This document shows positions 47,030 through 58,841 of a stretch of 58,841 nucleotides of DNA, one piece after another. Each line of letters starts with the position of its first letter. Within the stretch, counting starts at the first letter, position 1. The notes below the pieces were generated by a model that ran no database searches, was not told the origin of the DNA, and was given only the letters and a program-made list of their open reading frames with translations. The position numbers and the translations under genes are program-made. Origin of the DNA: Guillardia theta CCMP2712 (Eukaryota > Protista > Cryptophyta); NCBI RefSeq assembly GCF_000315625.1, contig NW_005434558.1:1-58841 (forward strand), given 5' to 3'.

Positions 47030-50000
47030 ATGGCAAAGCAAGAGTTCGCTTTTACCAAGGCAGAGAGGAGGAAGGAGCAAGCGCACTCTACTGATAGCGG
47101 GAAATGCCCAGAGATGCTGCTCTCCATACTAGAGGGAAGAAGACCCTTCTCTGACTATAAACGGGTTGTGTATCTGTTTTGGAAGTCGTCCAGTGTTGAG
47201 GGCTACCCATGGACTTGCGTTCCCTTCCAAAACTACCGCCTCGTGTGGACCGACCTTTCGCTGCATGCTGCTCTGCTGGACCTGAGCGTTGGAGAGGCGG
47301 AGGAGGCTGTGAATGACTACGACCGTTTCTTTGCGACCAGCGAGGCCGGGAAGCTCATGGCCCGGAAGGGGGTTACGTTCCTGATGCACACGTTGCAAGG
47401 GAAGTGGATGGCAGCGTTCGAGGACAAGATGGAGGTAAGGCTGTCCCCTGCTGCTCCGTTTGTCCGCTAAGACTTGCTTGCTGCCTCCTGCAGGCTGGCG
47501 AGCTCGATGCGCTCCTCCATGGCATGCAAGTTCTCTACATTCTTGTGTCGGTCTGGCAGATCCAGACGAGCAACTTTGACACGGCGGAAGAGCTCCTGAC
47601 CAGCTGTGCAAACCTCGTGGTGCCCAACTCCTGACTGCTCCTTCCTCCAACTGACCTGTGGCTGCAGATGTTCTCCGTGGAGCGATTCGGGTCTTCCGAG
47701 CCAACCATGCGCATGTCGATCATATCGTCGAACCTCCAGGCGTACATCTTGTGCAGGTGCAGGACGGATGCATCGGTCTCTTCTCAGTCTGATACTTGTG
47801 TTGGGCTAGGAACGGGCGATATGCCGAATGTCAGTCTTTGCTGGACTCGCTGATCTCCGAAAGCCCACAGGTCTTGTGCCCCATATTCCAACCTGTCAAT
47901 CATCTTGCTTCAGATCTTCACCGAGTCCTCAAGCAGCCTGCTTCTCAACAAGAGCATAGTCTCATTCTTAAGAAATCGTGGGGAGGAGGCCATGGGGTTT
48001 GCACACGAGGCGCTGAGAAAGTCGCAGAGGAGGCTGCAGGTGGGCCGAGAGCTGAGAGTGAGATCGGAGTGATGCTGTGGCAGGAATCTGAAAGTTTGTT
48101 CAACGACCATGAGCTGGGAGCGGTGAGGTCAGATGCCTCATTGGACATCAAGGGAGCTCACCTGTACTCGGTCTATGCTGGTAAACCCATCCTCCCCTTC
48201 GCCTCCCCTTCCCTCTTCCCTGTGCTTTCCCTTCCCTGTGCTCTGTTGCAAATGAAGGTTGACGGTATGATTGCAGAGGCCGTTGCCTGCTTCTTCAATG
48301 CTGCCACAATGGGTCTGCTGCATCAGGAGAGACTGAAGGAGGAGGTACAGGAGCCTCTTTCGTCTCTTTATCCAGTGAACGTGAAGCAGCAGCCGCATCA
48401 CCACCACCAGCAGCCGCAGCACAACCCGCAGGTCTTCATTTTCTATCAGAAACTCCTCAATGCTGCGCACGAAATTGCCCGCAAGCACCTGCCGGCTCAC
48501 TACGCTCTCACTCTTCTTATCGCAAGCTCCAAGGTAGACGAGGAAAGTTTGATAAGCCCCAGTTGACTTGACGTTTGAAAGGCCATGTCGAGCATTGCAG
48601 ATCAAGGCATGTCCTCCAGTCAAGTTCAGAGATCGCTCGATGTTGCTGACAAAAAACGAATCCGAACACGGCACTCCAGGTAAGAGATATTCCTCCTTCT
48701 GGTCTCCCCTCTTCTCTTCCGTCCTTCGTTCATTCTTTATTCCTCATCATTATCACAGTCTCAAGGCAAGAGAGGCTGCTTGGAAGATCAATCAAATCTA
48801 TGCTGGTGCTGTCCGCCCGCATAGGGTTGACCCGCGATACAACGACGTGCGAGCTGCTTCAGCTCCCGGTGTGCCTCGGTCGCGACACCTCCACACTCCA
48901 TTCAGGCAGCTTGAGGACAGCAGCTTGGAAGAAATCCTTCCGCGCAAACAGAGCGGCTACTCTGTCCAACTACGTTCCCACCTACATAGCATTGAACAGA
49001 AACTGTCAACCACGTTTCCGCGGAGGTCGAAGGAGGACAGAGCAGGACTCTCTTCATCCTCCGGCAGTCTTTTCAAGAGTGAGAGGGAGGAGACAACCTA
49101 TCTTCCATTGCAAGCTTTCGGGGAAGAGCCAGTAACGGGAGTAGAAAGAGGATCAAGGGCATTGATAGGAGAAGGAGATGGAGGAAGGGCAGGGACAGGA
49201 GTGGGAAGAAGAGCGGATAAACGGAGGAGTTTCCAGCGGAACGAGGTAGAGAACCCGGTGGAGGACGAGGATTATTTGGAGCGCTGGCTTGACATTCTGT
49301 CTTACTCGAACCTGGAGGAGGAAGGCAATACAAAATTAACGCAGGAGACCAAGACGCTGTGGTTGGACCCGCTATCTTCCCAGCAGGTTGGTTGTGATCT
49401 CAAATGCTCCCTGTTGGCTCCTGCTCGATCCTCCTGTTCTTTTCCTGCCTGCCTTCATGCCTGCCTGCCTGTTGATCCGTGCTGTGCCCAGTCTTTTCTA
49501 TGTTCTGACAACAATGATCGCCAGGACGAGGCATCAGACAGGTCAGAAAGAAGAAAGAAGGAAGGGGGGAGCAGGCGGTCGAAGGCAAATCGTTTGCGGT
49601 CACAAGAAGATTTCTCGTTGGCGTCCAACCGGTCAGACATCGAGGATCACGCGATAAAGATTGCACATAGGAGAGGGCAAGAGTTCGAGGAGGAGGAAGA
49701 GGAGGAGGAGAGGATATGGGGAGAGTGGATGTCTGAAAAATCAAGCAAGTCCCCGGGCTCAAAGAAAATCCCAATCAAAGTTTCTCAATCTGTCTTCGAT
49801 GTTGCCCAGGAATCTGGAGAAACGACAGGCAAGGAGTCGAAAGGTCATCACAATCACAGTCAGGTCCATGAAGAGCATGGCAGTAACAATCGTGTCGGAC
49901 ATCATAAGTCAGACTCTCATACCTCAGATCATGAGGATGTGCAGGAAAGATTAACAGAGGGCAGTGTCAGTAACCCTTTGCCGCAGCCTGTCAAGGAGAG

Positions 50001-53000
50001 GAAACAAGTCACGGTGAAGCCAGTGAAGAACAAAGAAACCCTTCCATCACTGGAACACCACGTCAATGAGAGCAAACAGGCGAAACAATTGGAGATTATC
50101 AAGGAAGCAGGTGAAAATAAGGTGGAACAGGCTAAGCATGGATCAAACATGTTTGACGATTCCGATGAAAGATCCACACATCAGCAGATATCAAAAACAA
50201 ATTCCTCCAACGTCAAACAATCAAAAGCAAGACAGGAAGTTCAAAAAGCTTCAATGAAAACTAAAGATAGTAACAAGCTGCAATCCGTCGGAAAACAACA
50301 AAGACATCCTGAAAATACCAGTCAGACAGTGACAAAAGCGCGATTAAAAGCCTCATCCAATGAGCAAGCTATCCAAACGAAGTCGGAGGAGCCGGCCGAT
50401 GCCGGAGCAGCCGACGAGACGGTCGCTAAGGCCGAGGGGGTCGAGGAGGCAGCGGGAGGGGCCGAGGCCGAGGCGAAGGAGGAGGGGGCGCCGCTGCCGG
50501 CTGAGCAGCAGCATGAGGAGGAGGCGGAGCAGCCGCCGCAGCCGCAGCCGCAGCCGCAGCCGCAGCCGCAGCCGCAGGAGCAGGCGGCGGAGGAGGGGGC
50601 GGCCGGCGAGAGAGAGACGAGGCTGTCAGAGGAGGAGGCGGCGGTACGCATCCAGGCGCGGTCGAGGGGCATGGCAGGACGGGAGCGGGCGAGGAAGGCC
50701 AAGGAGGCCAAGGCGGCGGGGCAGGCCGCCTCCGGGGAGGAGGGCGAGGGCGAGGGCGGCAAGTCAGGAGAGGAGGCGGACGGGACGGGAGCAGGGGAGG
50801 TACAGGCCAGCAGCCCGGAGGCAGCAGCGGCAGCCGCAGGAGAAGCCGGAGCAGGAGGCGAGGGAGGCGATGCTGCCAGGACGGAGGCAGAGGAGCCGGC
50901 CGATGCCGGAGCAGCCGACGAGACGGTCGCCAAGGCCGAGGGGGTCGAGGAGGCAGCGGGAGGGGCCGAGGCCGAGGCGAAGGAGGAGGGGGCGCCGCTG
51001 CTGGCTGAGCAGCAGCATTAGGAGGTGGCGGAGCTGCCGCCGCAGCCGCAGCCGCAGGAGCAGGCGGCGGAGGAGGGGGCGGCCGGCGAGAGAGAGACGA
51101 GGCTGTCAGAGGAGGAGGCGGCGGTACGCATCCAGGCGCGGTCGAGGGGCATGGCAGGACGGGAGCGGGCGAGGAAGGCCAAGGAGGCCAAGGCGGCGGG
51201 GCAGGCCGTCTCCGGGGAGGAGGGCGAGGGCGAGGGCGGCAAGTCAGGAGAGGAGGCGGACGGGACGGGAGCAGGGGAGGTACAGGCCAGCAGCCCGGAG
51301 GCAGCAGCGGCAGCCGCAGGAGAAGCCGGAGCAGGAGGCGAGGGAGGCGATGCTGCCAGGACGGAGGCAGAGGAGCCGGCCGATGCCGGAGCAGCCGACG
51401 AGACGGTCGCCAAGGCCGAGGGGGTCGAGGAGGCAGCGGGAGGGGCCGAGGCCGAGGCGAAGGAGGAGGGGGCGCCGCTGCCGGCTGAGCAGCAGCATGA
51501 GGAGGAGGCGGAGCAGCCGCCGCAGCCGCAGCCGCAGGAGCAGGCGGCGGAGGAGGGGGCGGCCGGCGAGAGAGAGACGAGGCTGTCAGAGGAGGAGGCG
51601 GCGGTACGCATCCAGGCGCGGTCGAGGGGCATGGCAGGACGGGAGCGGGCGAGGAAGGCCAAGGAGGCCAAGGCGGCGGGGCAGGCCGTCTCCGGGGAGG
51701 AGGGCGAGGGCGAGGGCGGCAAGTCAGGAGAGGAGGCGGACGGGACGGGAGCAGGGGAGGTACAGGCCAGCAGCCCGGAGGCAGCAGCGGCAGCCGCAGG
51801 AGAAGCCGGAGCAGGAGGCGAGGGAGGCGATGCTGCCAGGACGGAGGCAGAGGAGCCGGCCGATGCCGGAGCAGCCGACGAGACGGTCGCCAAGGCCGAG
51901 GGGGTCGAGGAGGCAGCGGGAGGGGCCGAGGCCGAGGCGAAGGAGGAGGGGGCGCCGCTGCCGGCTGAGCAGCAGCATGAGGAGGAGGCGGAGCAGCCGC
52001 CGCAGCCGCAGCCGCAGCCGCAGGAGCAGGCGGCGGAGCAGGCGGCGGAGGAGGGGGCGGCCGGCGAGAGAGAGACGAGGCTGTCAGAGGAGGAGGCGGC
52101 GGTACGCATCCAGGCGCGGTCGAGGGGCATGGCAGGACGGGAGCGGGCGAGGAAGGCCAAGGAGGCCAAGGCGGCGGGGCAGGCCGTCTCCGGGGAGGAG
52201 GGCGAGGGCGAGGGCGGCAAGTCAGGAGAGGAGGCGGACGGGACGGGAGCAGGGGAGGTACAGGCCAGCAGCCCGGAGGCAGCAGCGGCAGCCGCAGGAG
52301 AAGCCGGAGCAGGAGGCGAGGGAGGCGATGCTGCCAGGACGGAGGCAGAGGAGCCGGCCGATGCCGGAGCAGCCGACGAGACGGTCGCCAAGGCCGAGGG
52401 GGTCGAGGAGGCAGCGGGAGGGGCCGAGGCCGAGGCGAAGGAGGAGGGGGCGCCGCTGCCGGCTGAGCAGCAGCATGAGGAGGAGGCGGAGCAGCCGCCG
52501 CAGCCGCAGCCGCAGCCGCAGGAGCAGGCGGCGGAGCAGGCGGCGGAGGAGGGGGCGGCCGGCGAGAGAGAGACGAGGCTGTCAGAGGAGGAGGCGGCGG
52601 TACGCATCCAGGCGCGGTCGAGGGGCATGGCAGGACGGGAGCGGGCGAGGAAGGCCAAGGAGGCCAAGGCGGCGGGGCAGGCCGTCTCCGGGGAGGAGGG
52701 CGAGGGCGAGGGCGGCAAGTCAGGAGAGGAGGCGGACGGGACGGGAGCAGGGGAGGTACAGGCCAGCAGCCCGGAGGCAGCAGCGGCAGCCGCAGGAGAA
52801 GCCGGAGCAGGAGGCGAGGGAGGCGATGCTGCCAGGACGGAGGCAGAGGAGCCGGCCGATGCCGGAGCAGCCGACGAGACGGTCGCCAAGGCCGAGGGGG
52901 TCGAGGAGGCAGCGGGAGGGGCCGAGGCCGAGGCGAAGGAGGAGGGGGCGCCGCTGCCGGCTGAGCAGCAGCATGAGGAGGAGGCGGAGCAGCCGCCGCA

Positions 53001-55848
53001 GCCGCAGCCGCAGGAGCAGGCGGCGGAGGAGGGGGCGGCCGGCGAGAGAGAGACGAGGCTGTCAGAGGAGGAGGCGGCGGTACGCATCCAGGCGCGGTCG
53101 AGGGGCATGGCAGGACGGGAGCGGGCGAGGAAGGCCAAGGAGGCCAAGGCGGCGGGGCAGGCCGTCTCCGGGGAGGAGGGCGAGGGCGAGGGCGGCAAGT
53201 CAGGAGAGGAGGCGGACGGGACGGGAGCAGGGGAGGTACAGGCCAGCAGCCCGGAGGCAGCAGCGGCAGCCGCAGGAGAAGCCGGAGCAGGAGGCGAGGG
53301 AGGCGATGCTGCCAGGACGGAGGCAGAGGAGCCGGCCGATGCCGGAGCAGCCGACGAGACGGTCGCCAAGGCCTAGGGGGTCGAGGAGGCAGCGGGAGGG
53401 GCCGAGGCCGAGGCGAAGGAGGAGGGGGCGCCGCTGCCGGCTGAGCAGCAGCATGAGGAGGAGGCGGAGCAGCCGCCGCAGCCGCAGCCGCAGCCGCAGG
53501 AGCAGGTGGCGGAGCAGGCGGCGGAGGAGGGGGCGGCCGGCGAGAGAGAGACGAGGCTGTCAGAGGAGGAGGCGGCGGTACGCATCCAGGCGCGGTCGAG
53601 GGGCATGGCAGGACGGGAGCGGGCGAGGAAGGCCAAGGAGGCCAAGGCGGCGGGGCAGGCCGTCTCCGGGGAGGAGGGCGAGGGCGAGGGCGGCAAGTCA
53701 GGAGAGGAGGCGGACGGGACGGGAGCAGGGGAGGTACAGGCCAGCAGCCCGGAGGCAGCAGCGGCAGCCGCAGGAGAAGCCGGAGCAGGAGGCGAGGGAG
53801 GCGATGCTGCCAGGACGGAGGCAGAGGAGCCGGCCGATGCCGGAGCAGCCGACGAGACGGTCGCCAAGGCCGAGGGGGTCGAGGAGGCAGCGGGAGGGGC
53901 CGAGGCCGAGGCGAAGGAGGAGGGGGCGCCGCTGCCGGCTGAGCAGCAGCATGAGGAGGAGGCGGAGCAGCCGCCGCAGCCGCAGCCGCAGCCGCAGCCG
54001 CAGGAGCAGGCGGCGGAGGAGGGGGCGGCCGGCGAGAGAGAGACGAGGCTGTCAGAGGAGGAGGCGGCGGTACGCATCCAGGCGCGGTCGAGGGGCATGG
54101 CAGGACGGGAGCGGGCGAGGAAGGCCAAGGAGGCCAAGGCGGCGGGGCAGGCCGCCTCCGGGGAGGGCGGGTGGGCTAACGAGGGATCGGGAGAAATCAA
54201 ATCATCGCAAGGTCTTTTGTTTGATTCAGCTGGGAAGCCTGCCAGATCAAATTCTTCAGTCACTGATGAGGGTGGTGGATTTGAGGAGCTTTGCATGTCA
54301 CAGGATCATGTCTTTGATTTTCAACTCTTCCTTTCTTCCTTTCATAATTTTCAATCTCAGCTGGATGAGTTTCTCTTTTCATCTTCAGATGTTACAAATC
54401 TCGAAGAGCTCAAGAAATCCTTCCAGCTCTGCCACTCTCTTATGTCGTCAGCTGGACCCGAGCTGGTCCGTGGGAAGTTTGTCGACCAAGGGATAGCCAC
54501 CACTCCGGCCCTCGAGTTTCTCTTTAGGGACGTCAAGGAAACCGATTTTGACAAGCTGTTGAAACTGAAGTCAACGGAGCGGAAGGTAAGCATCCTCGCC
54601 AACTGATCTCTTTACTTTCTCCCTCCGTTGCGCCGCTTTCACAGTCATTCCCCCCCATCACACACACTCTCATCCTCGTCATCAGCTGCACCCCCAATGA
54701 CTTCCTGCAGGAACGCAAGAGCTACTTCCATCAGGTCCTCAAGCAGCGTCCTTCACCTTGCCGCACTTCCCGCAGCGAGGGCTATCAATCTCCCAGCAGA
54801 TCGCCGCAGAAGGATGGAGAGACGCCGGAGGAAGTGCTGCCGTTTCCTCGATCCCTCTCAGTCATTCTTGCTGATCCTGCTGAATCCTCCTCGGAGGAAG
54901 CGAACGGAGGCCAACGGGAGGGTGCGGCGAGCTCGGCTGCACCTGTCTCTGCTCCTCCCTCTCTTTCTCTCTTCTCCTCCCTCCCTTCCGTCATCTCCTG
55001 GAATGCGCCACTGCGCAGCCTCCAGGCATCTGCAGCTCACCCGCCATCCCAGGGCCCTGGGGCAGGTGGCGAGGAGACGCGAGGGAAGGGCGAGGCAGCA
55101 GCACAGGATGCCAAACTAGACGAGCCCCAGAACCAACCCCAGCTGAAAGATGCTGGGGTTGCCGTCGAGTCTCCAGCTCTCTGCGGTCTGCCATCGGCCG
55201 CCACCTGGTCAGTGAGCTCTGACGCCTGCCAAGCAGCTGGGAAGGAGCTGGAGACCGTGACCCGTATGGACCACCGCCAACTGCTTGCCGAGATCCTCGC
55301 CGCCATTGAGTCCCTCCAACAGAAGAAGCGACTCCCCCGTCCCAACAGGTGCTCCCCCAACTTTCCCCTCCCCTGTCCTTGTCCACTTGCTCTGGCTGCC
55401 TCTACCTGTGCCGGCTCGTCTCCTCTCCCCTCCTCCTTCTCCTCCTCGCTCGGCTCATCATCGTGCTGCAGCGCCGCTGGACTGCTCGAGCGGCTCAGGA
55501 ATGGGAAGCTGAAGGGGAAGGATGCGATCCAGTGGTACTCCAAACGACCGGCTGCTATAGTGAAGGCCCTCCGGTCCCAGGTAACGTTCGCTCTCCTCCT
55601 CCTCCACCTCCTCTTCCGCCCCCTCCTTCCCATCTGCCTGCTTCACATCTTCTTCTCCTCGCCTTTGTCCCCTTTCCTGCCTCCCTTCTCAGGAAGACCC
55701 GACAGCTCGTTCCTCCTTCACTGCTCCCCGTCTTGCTGCTCTGCCGTTGACTGCTGTCTCTGACTTTTTCCCCCAGCGGGCTCAGTCTGCTGCCATACTG
55801 CAGGCCCACGTCCGTTGCCTCCTGTCCTCTCCTACTCCGACTCGGTAG
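47030..55848 (+). CDS. Very large multi-exon protein with helical N-terminal region and acidic IQ-motif tandem repeats; two in-frame TAG codons in the array
   Basis: Consecutive same-strand exons; 8 copies of AAVRIQARSRGMAGRERAR plus a terminal ILQAHVRCLL. TAG at 51019-51021 and 53374-53376. The true start may lie upstream (about 46620). Confidence 0.7.
50385..54170 (+). repeat. Coding tandem repeat of about 480-498 bp, about 8 units
   Basis: Near-identical units differing in (CAGCCG)n length and an EQAA duplication. Confidence 0.97.
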
Positions 55849-58841
55849 AAGTCGGTCCAGGGATTCCTCGCAGCTGCGTCGGGCGATGCATGACGTGCGC
55901 CTGCGGAAACCCAAGAGAGATAAGTAGACGAAGGAGGAGGAGGAAAAGGGAGGAGGACACGGGAGGGGGAGGAAGAGAAGGGAGAGAGAGGAGGAGAGCC
56001 AAAGAGCAACACACGAAGTGGAGGTAAAGAATTATATACCACAAGCCCCTTGCGCTCGCGCACCATGCTCGGCTCCTGCAGGTCCCACAAATGAGGAAAC
56101 GAAGAGGAAGGAAGGGAGAAGTAAAGGTCCTGGTCGGTGAGGGAACGGCAGGGAGGTGGGAGGGGAGGAGAGGAGGAGGAGAGAGAGAGAGAGAGGAGGA
56201 GACGACCTCTCGCCAGTATTTATCGCCCAAGGACAGACTAAGGACGCTCTTCTGCCGGAAGAGACAGCGACAGTCAGTCTCTCCCTCCCTCCGCTTCCAC
56301 CCGCACCTGCCACTGGCCAAGAGAGTTCGATCCCCCGACAACGAAGACTCTCGCGCCCAAGGCAGCAGCTGAAAACGCAAAGTCAGCGTATAACGAGCAA
56401 GTCTAAGGGGGGGGGGGGGGTAGGAGGAGGAGGAGGAGGAGGAGAGCACACAGTAACCAACCGCCATGAGCATAACGCTCCTCGCGCAAGGGTCGCTCCG
56501 ACCGCCACTTCCTCGTCCGGAAGTCAAAGTACTCGACGCTTTTGTGCACGGTGGGAGGGGAAGGATTCTCCTCCTCCCTCCGCACCTTCCCGCAACTTCC
56601 CTCCCTCCCTATCGACGAGTCCTCGTGCCCTCCGACAACCAGGATGCCATCGCTCAGCACCACTGCCGTCATCTCGCACCTGTCAAGAATGAATCTCGCA
56701 GCTGCTGTAGACTCTCCCTCCACCTTCTTCGCTGCATTGGCGGCTCTTCTCTCCAGGTCTTGTCGCTATGTGGAGGTGAGGAGATTGGAAGGGCCAGGAG
56801 AAACATGAAGCATGATTTTATGGAGCAGGAGGAGGAGGAGCAGGAGGAGGAGGAGCAGGAGGAGGAGGAGGAGGAGCAGCAGCAGCACCTTGAGTTCCAG
56901 CTCCACATGTTGGAATGCACTTCTTCTCCGTCGGACCCTCCCATGTAGTAGAGCCTGCCGTCGTGGGCGATCATCGCCCCTCCCCACCTGCGTTTTCTCA
57001 GCTCGCTGCTGCTGTACTGGCAGCTGAGGCTGACCGAGGAGAGGGGAGTGAAGTTTCTGGCCGCCACGAGTTTGACTCGTAGTCGTAACTTGACATGTCG
57101 GAGGACACGCTCGCTACAAGCCCAGCAGGTGAGCTGAGAAGGGACCTTGTCAACCACCAACCGTTCTCAAAGTTCCTTCCCCCCGCCGCGTACAGTCGAT
57201 CCTCCTGGCATGGTGTGAGGGCAGGTCAAGCTGCAAACTAGCCCACCAGCGTGCCGCATGCGACGTTCATCCAGCAGCCGGGCAGGTCAGCCTCCCTCCT
57301 CCAGCAGACGCCGAAGGGATCTGCAGTCACCTCAGATCCAGGTGATCGGAGGGTCATGAGGAGGAGGGAGAGGAAGGGAGAGAGGAAGGGAGAACAGCAG
57401 GAGGAGGAGGAGGAGGAGAAGGAAGGGAGAGAGGAAGGGAGAACAGCAGGAGGAGGAGAGGGGGGGGTGGGGAGGAGGAGAGCAGTACCCATGCTCTCAA
57501 CGATGTGCGAGGTCCTGTTCCTTATCACGTCGTACCTAGTGGATGAAGGAAGTCATCCCCAGCTGGTTGACAAGCACTTTCTCAGCTCCTCACCCGCCGA
57601 CGACATACGTCCTGTAGTGCGCGACAGCTAATCCCGCAGACACCCGAGCCCAAGAGAGAGGCTCCTCGTCCTGCCCACGAAGTTGAGCTGGAAAGGAAGA
57701 CACGCAGCAGGGAGAGAGGTGAAAGAGAAGTAGAGGAGAAGAAAGAGAATAGTAGGGGTTTATGAAGGTGAAGGTGGAGGAAAAGTACGGATTGGAAGAC
57801 GGGAAGGATTGGAAGCGGAAGAGAGGAAGGGAGAGGACGAGGAGGCAGGAGGAGGCAGCAGATTGGTTCACCATTGTCCATCCCGGCATAGAAGTGTGCA
57901 CTGCTCGAGGGATAATAGTCCTTTCTTCCTTGACATGCTTCTCTATCTCCATAGACTCCACCCTCCCCTGCGATCCTCATCAAATTTCTTGCTCCTGCCT
58001 TCTGCAGACTTGCCTCCTCTACCTCCTCCTCCTCTACCTCCCGGCCACCTTCCCCTCCCTCTCCGACTTCTTTGACTTCCATCCTGTGTCTCCACTCTTT
58101 CCCGCTCCATCCACCTCCATCTCCTAAAGATACCATCACCACCACCAACATACACCTTTCCCTGCTCCTGCTGCCCCTGCTCTTTCTGCTCTTCCTGTCC
58201 TCCCTGCGTTGCGATATTTCACGCGCTCTTGTCCCTCCTTCTTTTCAGCTCCGCTCTCCTCACCAGCGTCTTATCCATCGGTCGCCTGCTCCTTACTCCT
58301 CCCACCTGCTCAACCAAGTGAGACAACGGTCAGGAAGCAACATCGTAACTCACAGCGTACAAGTACTTGTCTGTCTCTTGCATGAGTTCAACCTGGGAAC
58401 ATGTCAGGTCTCATGTTCTGATCCCACGACAATCTGCAGACTTCGAGGTTGTGTATCCTCTCCTTGATGATTTGTTGCTGAGCATGCAGCGTCATTCCAC
58501 ATCACGACAGGAGCTGCACGACCTTGGCCGGGCTGTAGTCCTCCGCATTTCGTGTCTCTTTCTAAACGCAGATGTGAGTTGAGAGGAGAGGAGCGAAACT
58601 TTGCAGGCCAGGTGGATGAGAGACATAGGGGGTGCAAACGTAAAGAACATAAAGGAGAGAAGGGGGAGACGTCTGCGGACCTCGAAGACTCCGAGCGCTC
58701 CTTGCAGCTCCAGAAACCTCTTGTGCATCTTCATTTTCTGCAGGAAGAAGCTTCCAAGTCACAGCTGAGCCTCCTCATTGCTCGATGTTAACACAAACAG
58801 CTGCTGGTCCACACGCTTTCTCCCTCCCTCCCTCCCTCCCT
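55832..58841 (-). CDS. Kelch-repeat protein, multi-exon, 5' end outside the window
   Basis: TYVVGG, WRREADLP, GRLYYMGGSDG, GILVVGGH...SVEYFDFRTRKWRSERPLREERYAH. Confidence 0.8.

Noticed and set aside
51019-53376. TAG reassignment (alternative genetic code)
   Set aside because: TAG serves as a normal terminator in other genes here (for example 10228-10230, 13201-13203, 25586-25588), and only 2 of many equivalent repeat codons are TAG.
50360-54496. 1378-aa Arg-rich ORF
   Set aside because: Shifted-frame shadow of the GAG/GCG-rich IQ repeat; the IQ frame is continuous with flanking exons.

Overview
Intron-rich eukaryotic nuclear DNA, most likely from a cryptophyte alga (Guillardia/Hanusia-like). 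This is inferred from many ~45-60 nt GT-AG introns, CT-rich long introns and several bipartite signal+transit presequences with an aromatic +1 residue. Ordinary genes are NCBP1/CBP80, an aldo-keto reductase, plastid ClpS, a plastid Cof-type HAD hydrolase, a plastid NAD(P)-binding protein, a PIERCE/DUF4490-like ciliary protein, a PDZ-PDZ-SH3-C2 protein, a Cys-rich GPI-type protein, a giant IQ-repeat protein and a Kelch protein. Two accessory islands each hold a Crinkler-type gene built as targeting signal + modular helical repeats + P-loop NTPase + restriction-endonuclease-like domain. After splicing, the first (6030-10230) carries an apparent plastid-import presequence (GIEA|FAP). The second (40168-42816) starts with an NLS-like PKRRR. 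Next to the second is a 4-LTR tandem non-autonomous copia-type element nested in its own solo LTR, whose terminal T/A bases are not templated by the internal LTR copies. There are also GC-rich palindrome patches that appear to grow by short-motif insertion. All gene models were spliced by eye; no database searches were run.
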